A program made the position numbers and the translations under genes. A DNA stretch of 64,000 nt from sequence record MT710307.1; one strand, written 5' to 3'. Of the stretch, positions 46,556 through 54,627 are shown piece by piece. Position 1 is the stretch's first letter. Every line of letters starts with the position of its first letter. The notes under the pieces are model-generated. The model had not been told where the DNA came from. It made no database searches and saw nothing but the letters and a program-made list of their open reading frames with translations.

Positions 46556-46752
46556 ATATCGCCGAACTGTTCTACTGGGTTACCATGGTGTTAAGCGGGT
46601 ATTTCCTTATCGTGATTGCCATTGACATGGTTAAGGATTTACTCAAGGGCGACCTGATGGGTGTGCTCGTTTTGATCGTGTTTGCTATCATCATCTGGAA
46701 CGTCCACCGTTGGGCGTTCGTAAGACTGGTGCCGTTGCAGACATTGTTCTAA
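46552..46752 (+). CDS. Small 2-TM membrane protein (66 aa)
   Basis: ATGA coupling; two hydrophobic helices. Confidence 0.7.
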   Translation: MNIAELFYWVTMVLSGYFLIVIAIDMVKDLLKGDLMGVLVLIVFAIIIWNVHRWAFVRLVPLQTLF

Positions 46753-46764
46753 TGAAAAAAAGCT

Positions 46765-46785
46765 CAGATAGATATTATCTTGATG
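46765..46785 (+). promoter_or_regulatory. Putative early promoter
   Basis: CAGATAGATATTATCTTGATG. Confidence 0.65.
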
Positions 46786-46858
46786 AGCTTTCCATTATTA
46801 GTTCCAAGGAAGGTGCGTTTTACAATTACAATAAATTAAAATAAATAAGGAGTCCATC

Positions 46859-47035
46859 ATGGATAAAATTTATATCGTTACAGCAATCCTCTTCACAATC
46901 GCTTGCTTACTCAGCTGGCGCGTATCATCCAACATGAAACGTCGTAAGTGCCCACCGGGTGCACTCGCGTTTGGTGTTCAAGCCTGTGTTTATGGTTTTG
47001 TGGCCATCTACACCGGTGCGAAGTATTTCATCTAG
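46859..47035 (+). CDS. Small early 2-TM membrane protein (58 aa; not in ORF track)
   Basis: MDKIYIVTAILFTIACLLSWRVSSNMKRRKCPPGALAFGVQACVYGFVAIYTGAKYFI; AAGGAG RBS. Confidence 0.75.
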   Translation: MDKIYIVTAILFTIACLLSWRVSSNMKRRKCPPGALAFGVQACVYGFVAIYTGAKYFI

Positions 47036-47040
47036 CAGTA

Positions 47041-47072
47041 AAAAGGGCACGGAAGTGTCCTTTTTCTTTTTT
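47041..47072 (+). terminator. Intrinsic terminator (GGAA loop)
   Basis: AAAAGGGCAC-GGAA-GTGTCCTTTT plus T-tract. Confidence 0.8.
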
Positions 47073-47092
47073 CGTAAAATAAGGAGTATCAA

Positions 47093-48157
47093 ATGCCACG
47101 TCTCTTAGCGTTCACCGGTGGAGTTGATTCCACATGGGTGTTACAGAAGTTAATTCAACAACCGTCTGCGGATGGCGGTGAAGTAATCCATCCGGTCTAC
47201 ATGGATTTCTATCAAGGTTCTCCGGCAGCCATTGTCGAGTTCCTGCTGGGCAGCGAAATTGCTCTGCGGCTGTTAAAGCACAACAAAGACAATTATAAAG
47301 AGCCGCTGGAGTGGCGCTCACCTCCGCTGCAAATCTTCACGAGCTGTATCATCGGTCGTTCAAGCGGAAATGAAAGTCGCCTGATTCAACAGGGTAACAC
47401 TGTGTTGGGTTTGGCACACCTGATGAATGCGGTGCAAGCACGCCATCCGGGGTCTACCGCCTTAACCGGTTGGAACAAAGCCGACTTCATTGAAAGCAGT
47501 GCGCTGCAAGGTGAGTGGTCGGAAGAAGACTACTTGCGCCTGAAGAAACTCTACAGTGAAATGATGTTCTTCCAAGACCATCACTATCGCTGTTCTCCGC
47601 TTCTCACCCCGGCGTGGGATATGGAGAAGAAAGACATGTGGGATGCACTCCCGGCTGATGTGCAAGAACTGATCACTGTGTGTTCAACCTACATGTTTAA
47701 GATTTACCATGTTAAGTCCGAGAACGCGCTGTACATCTCCTGTAACCCAGAACACTTCGGTAAGTCTGTGCGGTATCTGGCCCGTGGGATTAACCTCACG
47801 GCAGCGTGGCGTATCGCGATTGATGACGAGTTCCATCGTCGACTCAACACGGACAATGTCCCGAGTAACCACTTCGCTGGAAGCTTCCCCAGTGAGCTGC
47901 TGTCCTCATCAGAAACAAGACACCGACCATCGTTGCGTATGCGTTCCGATGACCGTAACCTGCAAATCGAAGCCTACAGTATCGATGAGTGGAAAACGAA
48001 GTTTGACCATGTAGAAGATATGCTAAAGGTGGAACGTGAGCGAGAACAAGCCGAGTACCGCGCCCAGCGAGAAAAAGAGAAAGCTGAAAATCCGGACAGT
48101 CCAAATCGCGAAGTGGCGGAAGGCGAAGTCGCTGCATCCAGCAGTGTCGCTGATTGA
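47093..48157 (+). CDS. PP-loop ATP pyrophosphatase, QueC-like (divergent)
   Basis: N-terminal LLAFTGGVDSTW PP-loop, PVYMDFYQ, TGWNKAD, LLTPAWDMEKKDMW; canonical QueC Zn cysteines only partly present. Confidence 0.65.
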   Translation: MPRLLAFTGGVDSTWVLQKLIQQPSADGGEVIHPVYMDFYQGSPAAIVEFLLGSEIALRLLKHNKDNYKEPLEWRSPPLQIFTSCIIGRSSGNESRLIQQGNTVLGLAHLMNAVQARHPGSTALTGWNKADFIESSALQGEWSEEDYLRLKKLYSEMMFFQDHHYRCSPLLTPAWDMEKKDMWDALPADVQELITVCSTYMFKIYHVKSENALYISCNPEHFGKSVRYLARGINLTAAWRIAIDDEFHRRLNTDNVPSNHFAGSFPSELLSSSETRHRPSLRMRSDDRNLQIEAYSIDEWKTKFDHVEDMLKVEREREQAEYRAQREKEKAENPDSPNREVAEGEVAASSSVAD

Positions 48158-48461
48158 TGTCACGGTCAAATCCGGTATCAAAGCCTTAGCCCCAACGTGG
48201 GACTTTTTGATGGAGTACAAGAACTCCGACAAAGGCCCCGAGGCTGAGGATGCCTACACGAAAAAATATAAAAGCAGAATCCAACAACTCAAACAGGATG
48301 ACCCTGATGTGATGTTGGAACTGCTGTATCAGGATGAGATTATTCTGATGTGTTATTGCCCGGCCGGGAAGTTCTGTCACCGGCTTTTATTAGTTGATGA
48401 GTTCAAAGCCTTAGGCGATGAACATAATGTCGAAGTAATCTACGAAGGAGAAATAACATGA
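48036..48461 (+). CDS. DUF488-like protein
   Basis: IDVTVKSG..LAPTWDFLMEYK and ILMCYCPAGKFCHRLLL; overlaps QueC-like gene by 122 nt. Confidence 0.7.
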   Translation: MSENKPSTAPSEKKRKLKIRTVQIAKWRKAKSLHPAVSLIDVTVKSGIKALAPTWDFLMEYKNSDKGPEAEDAYTKKYKSRIQQLKQDDPDVMLELLYQDEIILMCYCPAGKFCHRLLLVDEFKALGDEHNVEVIYEGEIT

Positions 48462-48853
48462 GTTTTGATATCAAGAACGACACCCTGCGCATCATTGTTC
48501 CGGTCGGCACCATTCCCGGTCGTGAAATCCCGCTGTTCGAAAATGCCACAGCGCTCGCGAAAGAAGCGTTCGAAGCCGCAGGCTTTGAGAAAGTAGAACT
48601 GGTTGAGAAACCGGCAGCGTTCTTTACCCGCGCTTACAGCGACAGCGGTTGTGGTTGGGCAGCACTGTACAACTACGGTCTGGTACTGCGTTCTTCATTT
48701 ACCCCGTACGTCACACTGGAAGAGTTGCAGAAACATGCCGCCATCATTAACGTCTGGCATGACATCTTCAGCCACAAAATCCCAACGGATACGCTGATTA
48801 AGTTTTCCCCGACCCTGACCATGGTTGCCGTTAACGATTTGGCCAATAAATAA
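48458..48853 (+). CDS. Hypothetical protein (131 aa)
   Basis: AAGGAG RBS, ATGA coupling. Confidence 0.7.
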   Translation: MSFDIKNDTLRIIVPVGTIPGREIPLFENATALAKEAFEAAGFEKVELVEKPAAFFTRAYSDSGCGWAALYNYGLVLRSSFTPYVTLEELQKHAAIINVWHDIFSHKIPTDTLIKFSPTLTMVAVNDLANK

Positions 48854-48878
48854 CTTAGCACCCACAAGGAGTATCAAC

Positions 48879-49778
48879 ATGCAAGCTCAGTTTATCCGCG
48901 TACCATTGTTTTCGAAAAATACCATCTCCGATAACATCGTTATTCAGAACATCATCGATACTACCAATCGGTTGTACGCGTTAGCAAAAGACAAGTTCCC
49001 ACACATCGAGGGGTACAGTGTTCCCGAGGAAACCCGCACCTACGTGCTTATGGAAAAGTATGCACGCCCTGCTTATCGGGCACTGGCTTCACTCGCACCA
49101 GATGCAGAAGAAGCAAAAGATATTATTGCTATTCTTCATGAACTGTATTGCGGTATTGCCGCCGATGACCCGGTTAGGATCGTGCCGACACCTGCAATGT
49201 TGTTAGCAGTCGAGCGACAACATCTTGAATCAGATATGTACATGAGATCTGTTTTAGAAAATAAACCGGGGATGGTTCGTAGACAACTGCGTAATAACGC
49301 GGTCGTTGATGATCCTATCAATAAAGACATCACCCTTATCACCGCCACGGAATTGCCAGAAGAAATGCGGCAGGCCATTGTCAGTGCCATGGCGAAATAC
49401 AATTTGGGCAGAAACACCATACTGTCCGGTAACGATCGCAACCTCATTACCGGTTCGGCAAGTTTCGACCTGAACTATCTCGGCGGCGGCAAGTGGGAAG
49501 CGGAAATCCACATTGTGGGACAAGCTGTTTCTGCGCAAGTCTGGCAACTGATTATCGAACGTCTGAAAGCGGGTAGTGATTCAACCGAAGACAAGTACAC
49601 CGTCGACGGCGATAAGATGGTTATCGAGCTGGCGCAGATGGTACCCCGTCAAAACCTGAGCGACACGGTTATCCACTTGGTCACCAACGGCATGAAAAAT
49701 ACCATCGCTCATGTCATGTTGGATGTCTGTAAGCGCCGTTACGAGAACGAAATTGTTCTTCGTCCCCTGAACAAATAA
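48879..49778 (+). CDS. Hypothetical protein (299 aa)
   Basis: AAGGAG RBS, ATG 48879. Confidence 0.75.
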   Translation: MQAQFIRVPLFSKNTISDNIVIQNIIDTTNRLYALAKDKFPHIEGYSVPEETRTYVLMEKYARPAYRALASLAPDAEEAKDIIAILHELYCGIAADDPVRIVPTPAMLLAVERQHLESDMYMRSVLENKPGMVRRQLRNNAVVDDPINKDITLITATELPEEMRQAIVSAMAKYNLGRNTILSGNDRNLITGSASFDLNYLGGGKWEAEIHIVGQAVSAQVWQLIIERLKAGSDSTEDKYTVDGDKMVIELAQMVPRQNLSDTVIHLVTNGMKNTIAHVMLDVCKRRYENEIVLRPLNK

Positions 49779-49802
49779 GCAGTCCCCACAAGGAGTATAA
49801 AA

Positions 49803-50321
49803 ATGGAAATGAACTTTTACACCAAGCGCGAGTTAACGCACCTCGCGATGTTAAAACAGCCGGGTATGGCCATTGACCCGGAAATCAAGATTGACCCGCT
49901 CAAAGAAGAAATCGCATTGAGCTACCCGGAAGCCGAGTGGAACGACTGGTACTGCAAGGTGAAGATGGTGTCTTACGCGCTGCTGGAGCTGGCTCGCTAT
50001 AACACCTGCAAACGTTTGCAAGGTTGGGTCTGGTATGTGCCCCGTACGCCGTCTCAGTTAGCCTTTGAGACAAATCCCGAAGAGAAGGTAGCTATCCGCC
50101 CGGTTATCCACCCTGAGCGCTTAGACGTCCATCTGGAAGCGATTTGGAACCGTCCGCGTACGGAGCTGGCAGAAATCATTCGCATTATCCAGCGGGTTGA
50201 GATGCCGGGACTGACGTGGGTAACATGGGACTCGGTTGATGTCAACAAAAACTTCTGGGTATTAAGCTGGGTCGGTGGGCCGTTCCATAACCACAACCAT
50301 ATCTACCTGAACCGGAGATAG
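49803..50321 (+). CDS. Hypothetical protein (172 aa)
   Basis: AAGGAG RBS. Confidence 0.75.
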   Translation: MEMNFYTKRELTHLAMLKQPGMAIDPEIKIDPLKEEIALSYPEAEWNDWYCKVKMVSYALLELARYNTCKRLQGWVWYVPRTPSQLAFETNPEEKVAIRPVIHPERLDVHLEAIWNRPRTELAEIIRIIQRVEMPGLTWVTWDSVDVNKNFWVLSWVGGPFHNHNHIYLNRR

Positions 50322-50325
50322 TCCA

Positions 50326-50601
50326 ATGCTTGACCGTCTGCTCTCCTTGATTAACAAACGCCAGCGTGATCTCTTTCAGCGTAACCTGCGTCTGGAAGAA
50401 CAAAAGCTGGAAGCGGAACAGCGTGTCCGTACGCTGGAAAAGATGGTGTTGGAAATAACCGACGTCGCGGTATCGCACTGCGTGGTGATAAAAGCCGGTG
50501 TCGATCGCAGCGACGGCCCCTCCATTCGTCTGTCGACTGACACGCTTCATCAGCGCATGGTGGGGTATCGTACCAAAGTCAAAGAACTGGATTATTTCTG
50601 A
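50326..50601 (+). CDS. Hypothetical coiled-coil protein (91 aa)
   Basis: GGAG RBS. Confidence 0.7.
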   Translation: MLDRLLSLINKRQRDLFQRNLRLEEQKLEAEQRVRTLEKMVLEITDVAVSHCVVIKAGVDRSDGPSIRLSTDTLHQRMVGYRTKVKELDYF

Positions 50602-50927
50602 TGAAAGATGTAACACCTTTTGATGCCAAGTCACTCGGTGGGATGTCGCCAGAGCAATCACTTTCCTACCTCGCAAGGGGTGGGAAGATTCTGGATGACA
50701 CCGACACAGCTGACCGACTGTTAACCATGATGGTGCCCCTGCGTGATAACTACTACGAGATTGTGCCGTTGGCAACCGAGTATGTGGTGCGTACACCGGG
50801 GCGTGAATACGAAGCATTGAGAGCGCCTCGCACTGTAGGTGGGGTGATTCTATTGATGCGTAACTTTAACGACGCTGTAGAGCGCTGTGGGCTGTATATC
50901 GCCACAGGTGGAACAGGACACTTCTAA
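50601..50927 (+). CDS. Hypothetical protein (108 aa)
   Basis: TGATG coupling. Confidence 0.65.
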   Translation: MKDVTPFDAKSLGGMSPEQSLSYLARGGKILDDTDTADRLLTMMVPLRDNYYEIVPLATEYVVRTPGREYEALRAPRTVGGVILLMRNFNDAVERCGLYIATGGTGHF

Positions 50928-51346
50928 TGTTTGGATGGCTTTCACGACTGTGGCGTTTGAAGCAGGAAAACGCCGAGCTAAAAGAATTGGTGGCAACGCT
51001 GCGGGAACTCAATGAAACTGATGAACGTATGCTTGCGTCCACCATGGCGTCCTTAAATGATGACATGATGCGTGGTCATGCATGGACGGAAACTTACTGC
51101 TGGCACGTTTGTCGGATGAACGAGGCCACACGGAAGTACATCAAAGAATACGAGGAGTCGTATCAAAGTATCGCCAAAGAACGAAACATCCACATTAATC
51201 ACGAACCGATACCGACGTTCGATTTCCCGACCCCGCCACCGGGCGAAATTGTTGTACGTCCTCGTGATAAGTACCGTACGCCGATTCGTGGCACAATAGA
51301 GATTAAAGATCTCAGCACGTATATTCAACCAAAAAAGGAACAGTGA
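50927..51346 (+). CDS. Hypothetical protein (139 aa)
   Basis: TAATG coupling. Confidence 0.65.
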   Translation: MFGWLSRLWRLKQENAELKELVATLRELNETDERMLASTMASLNDDMMRGHAWTETYCWHVCRMNEATRKYIKEYEESYQSIAKERNIHINHEPIPTFDFPTPPPGEIVVRPRDKYRTPIRGTIEIKDLSTYIQPKKEQ

Positions 51347-51765
51347 TGTATCAACTGACATTGTCAAACGGTTTAACAGTTAGCTTAGTCCAACCCACGG
51401 TTGAAGACGTGCGTAAGTTCACCCACAATCAGCGCGATGCGCGTACGTCGCAGACCATGTGGATTCTCAGTGAAAACGGCGAGTTCATCTTACCGAAATT
51501 TGTGAAATCAGAGCGTGGTGAACATCTCGCGATTAACCGTTTCCTTGACCGGATGCAAAAGGTCGGTGCCGAATACGGGTTAGCCGTTTGTACCGCAGAG
51601 CTGCCTGATGACCTCGTGTTAATGTCTGATGACCTGATGCACCTGTCGGTTGAGTATCTGGCGCTTATCGACAACTACTGTAAGAACCCCAACGCTCGCG
51701 CATTCATCCAGATGTCGAACATGGCGTCACATCTCTGGAACGTGCACCACCGCAAGAAACACTAA
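51343..51765 (+). CDS. Hypothetical protein (140 aa)
   Basis: AAGGA RBS, GTGA coupling. Confidence 0.65.
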   Translation: MMYQLTLSNGLTVSLVQPTVEDVRKFTHNQRDARTSQTMWILSENGEFILPKFVKSERGEHLAINRFLDRMQKVGAEYGLAVCTAELPDDLVLMSDDLMHLSVEYLALIDNYCKNPNARAFIQMSNMASHLWNVHHRKKH

Positions 51766-51789
51766 GAGTAACCTAAAAGGAGTATTAAA

Positions 51790-53106
51790 ATGTTGAAACC
51801 TCGTAAAGCAAAAACCGGTCTGGTAATCGTTACTCGCTATTCTGCGGGACTCCGTGGATTCCCAGAAGGGTTTGCGGTGTACGTGGGCAAGAAATTTGTT
51901 CGCTACATCGATGGCGTAGAAGTCGGTGAGATTGTAGGGCCGTTGGGCGCACCTACCTTACCGGTCTTTGACCTGCCGAAAATCACCCGTGTGATGTATC
52001 GCCAATTACAGAATATGTTCTGTCGGGCGACCATCGGCATGGGTACCAAGTATTACGGTCTGCGTAAACTCCCGCAAGTCGCCAAGAAGAAAGAGACCTA
52101 CATGGAAGAGTTGCAGGAGTCGTTGTTCGGTAAACCGGACTACAGCCACATCGGGATTAACGCTCGTAACGACGAAGGCAATATATCCACGATGGACAGA
52201 CTGACCCGCAAGATTGCAAACAACCCCGGCGTCTCGGGTGCGTTTGATAGCCGGTTAGCGGGACTGCGTGATCAGGCTGTGGGTGAGTTGGGTGTGTCCG
52301 GTTCGTTACTAACCAGCGACCTGAGTCTGCGTTCTATTGCGCTGGAGATGGCGCAGTACAATGTAAAGTTGGCATTGAGCAAACTCAACTTTTCTAACGT
52401 CAAGGTGCTGTACACCAGTGATGTGTTGAAGGACGTTGAGAACGAACTTCGTACGTGTATGGATGATCGCAAACACATCAATCGCATGATGGAGCTTCGT
52501 GAAACGTTACCGCTGGCAGGTACGTACACCCTCGTCGACGATTTGATTAAGTTACCGATTATGTCACAACTGACCGAGGCTATCTGTGCAGCGGGTAAAC
52601 GTGCCATGGCGGAACTGTCACCAGAAGACTTCGCTAAGTTGAACGACCCGACACCAGAAACGTTGGTCGACTGGCTGATTCTGTTTGGTTCTCTGAACCA
52701 ACCGAAAACGCTGGATTATCTCTCGACGTTAAATCCGGGCGGGTTGGAGATTTCCCACGAAAAAGCGCAATTGTTGTACGGCGGCCTGCGTGACCCCGCC
52801 GGGGTTAACGAAGGTGACGTGGCAGCGGCCCGGACGATTATGTTAGCCCGTACGATTAGCCCGCAGCTCCACGACCCGTATTCCTTCGCTCGTGCTTTAC
52901 GCAACGGCGAGCCGGTGATGTACATGGATCTCGAAAAGCCGTTGGACTTGTCCAAACTCGACGAGCTGATGATCAAGAAGGACGATCTGGCAGGCATGAC
53001 GGCCAACTACATCAAACCACGTCAAACGGGTAAAGGGAAACACTTCGTCATCGATTCTCTCCCACGCGAAAACAGTTTACTGAAGGACGAAGACGACAAT
53101 GCTTAA
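51790..53106 (+). CDS. Hypothetical protein (438 aa)
   Basis: AAGGAG RBS. Confidence 0.75.
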   Translation: MLKPRKAKTGLVIVTRYSAGLRGFPEGFAVYVGKKFVRYIDGVEVGEIVGPLGAPTLPVFDLPKITRVMYRQLQNMFCRATIGMGTKYYGLRKLPQVAKKKETYMEELQESLFGKPDYSHIGINARNDEGNISTMDRLTRKIANNPGVSGAFDSRLAGLRDQAVGELGVSGSLLTSDLSLRSIALEMAQYNVKLALSKLNFSNVKVLYTSDVLKDVENELRTCMDDRKHINRMMELRETLPLAGTYTLVDDLIKLPIMSQLTEAICAAGKRAMAELSPEDFAKLNDPTPETLVDWLILFGSLNQPKTLDYLSTLNPGGLEISHEKAQLLYGGLRDPAGVNEGDVAAARTIMLARTISPQLHDPYSFARALRNGEPVMYMDLEKPLDLSKLDELMIKKDDLAGMTANYIKPRQTGKGKHFVIDSLPRENSLLKDEDDNA

Positions 53107-53680
53107 ACCGAAGAAGCGTAAAGACCGTGTGTACCTGATGCGGGCAACGAACGGTGGTTACGTGGTACGCAGTGAAACAAAACGTCGTGTATTAACCCAA
53201 GACGCCATTGACGGTATCTTGCTGGTCTATAGCCCGGTGTATAACTATCCATCTGCCAACTGTGTAGTACGCTCAGTTTTGGATATGGTTTATCGTAACA
53301 AACGTAAACACACCATGGCGCATGAGTTCTCTTTGAAAACTTTTATGCCAAGCCCGGAAAAGTTTCACATTCAGACTGACGGTGTGATGTGTCGCGAGTT
53401 GAACTGGAGCGAGTTGTCAGCGGGTTGGGTGAAACCGGTTATTTCGGAGAGCGCAAAAGCAGCCATCAAAGATTTGGAAATCAAAGGGGTTGAGCTGAAA
53501 CGCTCAAAGATGTCCCCTGAGAACATCCAGATGATGGTTAAGGAGTTTGGTGATATCGCAGAGCGGGATATGATTGAACGGTTCCTGCGTAACGAACACC
53601 CAACGCCTGAGCAGATTGAAGAAGCGCAACGTCTCGGCGGTTTGATGTTGCACCGCGCGTTAGAAAAAGCGAAGTGTTAA
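53099..53680 (+). CDS. Hypothetical protein (193 aa)
   Basis: Coupled; N-terminus similar to previous gene. Confidence 0.7.
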   Translation: MLKPKKRKDRVYLMRATNGGYVVRSETKRRVLTQDAIDGILLVYSPVYNYPSANCVVRSVLDMVYRNKRKHTMAHEFSLKTFMPSPEKFHIQTDGVMCRELNWSELSAGWVKPVISESAKAAIKDLEIKGVELKRSKMSPENIQMMVKEFGDIAERDMIERFLRNEHPTPEQIEEAQRLGGLMLHRALEKAKC

Positions 53681-53689
53681 AAGACGGTG

Positions 53690-53727
53690 CCCTACTCCTT
53701 CGGGAGTAGGGTTTCTTCTTTTTTTGT
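53690..53727 (+). terminator. Intrinsic terminator (UUCG)
   Basis: CCCTACTCC-TTCG-GGAGTAGGG plus T-tract. Confidence 0.9.
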
Positions 53728-53749
53728 TTACTCGTACTAAAAAATATTT

Positions 53750-53777
53750 CAGATATATATTACCTAGGTGAGAGTTG
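53750..53777 (+). promoter_or_regulatory. Putative early promoter (identical to 6116..6143)
   Basis: CAGATATATATTACCTAGGTGAGAGTTG. Confidence 0.75.
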
Positions 53778-53829
53778 AGTAATAATCTTCTCTTAATCAT
53801 CCTATTAATAGACTATCGAGGAATATACC

Positions 53830-54255
53830 ATGAACACTATCATCACTCTGAACGACACCATCCGTGAAGCTGCTCGCCGTAACCCAGCTTCCCTGTTAAC
53901 CGTTATCGGCATGTACGCTTCAACCGGCCGCGTCAACGATATCTCGATTGAGCAGTTGGACGAAGCGGTTAATCATGCAATTGACGGTGGCCGTAACAAA
54001 CCAATACCTGTTCGCGAACAATTCGAAAGTGACATTTCGTTTAACGACCAGTACAATCAACATACCATCATTCGTGCATTGTCAACCAAACTCTGCTACG
54101 GCTTTACTGCGGATAACATCCCAGGCATGATTGATGAAATGTACGAACGTATGGAAAGCCATGAAGAAGTGTGGGATGCCTACACAGCCATCAGCGAATC
54201 CACCCGTCGGATGGAAGAAGCTTTCATGGACAAAGCGAAAACCGAACTGTTCTAA
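53830..54255 (+). CDS. Hypothetical early protein (141 aa)
   Basis: GAGG RBS after promoter. Confidence 0.75.
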   Translation: MNTIITLNDTIREAARRNPASLLTVIGMYASTGRVNDISIEQLDEAVNHAIDGGRNKPIPVREQFESDISFNDQYNQHTIIRALSTKLCYGFTADNIPGMIDEMYERMESHEEVWDAYTAISESTRRMEEAFMDKAKTELF

Positions 54256-54264
54256 CGAACGCCT

Positions 54265-54289
54265 ACCCCTACCCATAACGGGTAGGGGT
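54265..54289 (+). other. Hairpin without U-tract (possible mRNA stabiliser or processing site)
   Basis: ACCCCTACCC-ATAAC-GGGTAGGGGT between two early genes. Confidence 0.5.
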
Positions 54290-54325
54290 TAACTTATCTT
54301 AAAATATAAATACTGGAGAATCACC

Positions 54326-54544
54326 ATGCGCAACTTATTCACTACTAACAAAGCTATCGTTGAAACTAAAACTGCTGGTAAGAAAGAAGACATGCTGGAC
54401 CTGCTGCTGAAACTGAACGGCGATGAGCTGTCTGCGGTTATGGCTGAGATGAAGAAAGGCGACCCTATGGTCAGCAAAGTCGAAGCCGTCTACGACCGCA
54501 AGTCTGATGGCAAAATGAAAAGCACCATGCTGTTCATGTGCTAA
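54326..54544 (+). CDS. Small hypothetical protein (72 aa)
   Basis: GGAG RBS; high-expression codon usage. Confidence 0.75.
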   Translation: MRNLFTTNKAIVETKTAGKKEDMLDLLLKLNGDELSAVMAEMKKGDPMVSKVEAVYDRKSDGKMKSTMLFMC

Positions 54545-54547
54545 GGG

Positions 54548-54627
54548 TAAATGATGCGACAACCAATACGCTGACTCTCGGGTAACCGGGAGTCGGCTGA
54601 GGCGCGCGTGTCATTTATTTTTTTTTT
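54548..54627 (+). terminator. Extended two-tier stem-loop followed by U-tract
   Basis: Outer TAAATGATGCG/CGTGTCATTTA; inner CTGACTCTCGG-GTAA-CCGGGAGTCGG. Confidence 0.6.

Noticed and set aside
47093-48157. Complete 7-deazaguanine DNA modification cluster
   Set aside because: No folE, queD, queE or dpdA seen in the window and the Zn motif is eroded; kept only as QueC-like.
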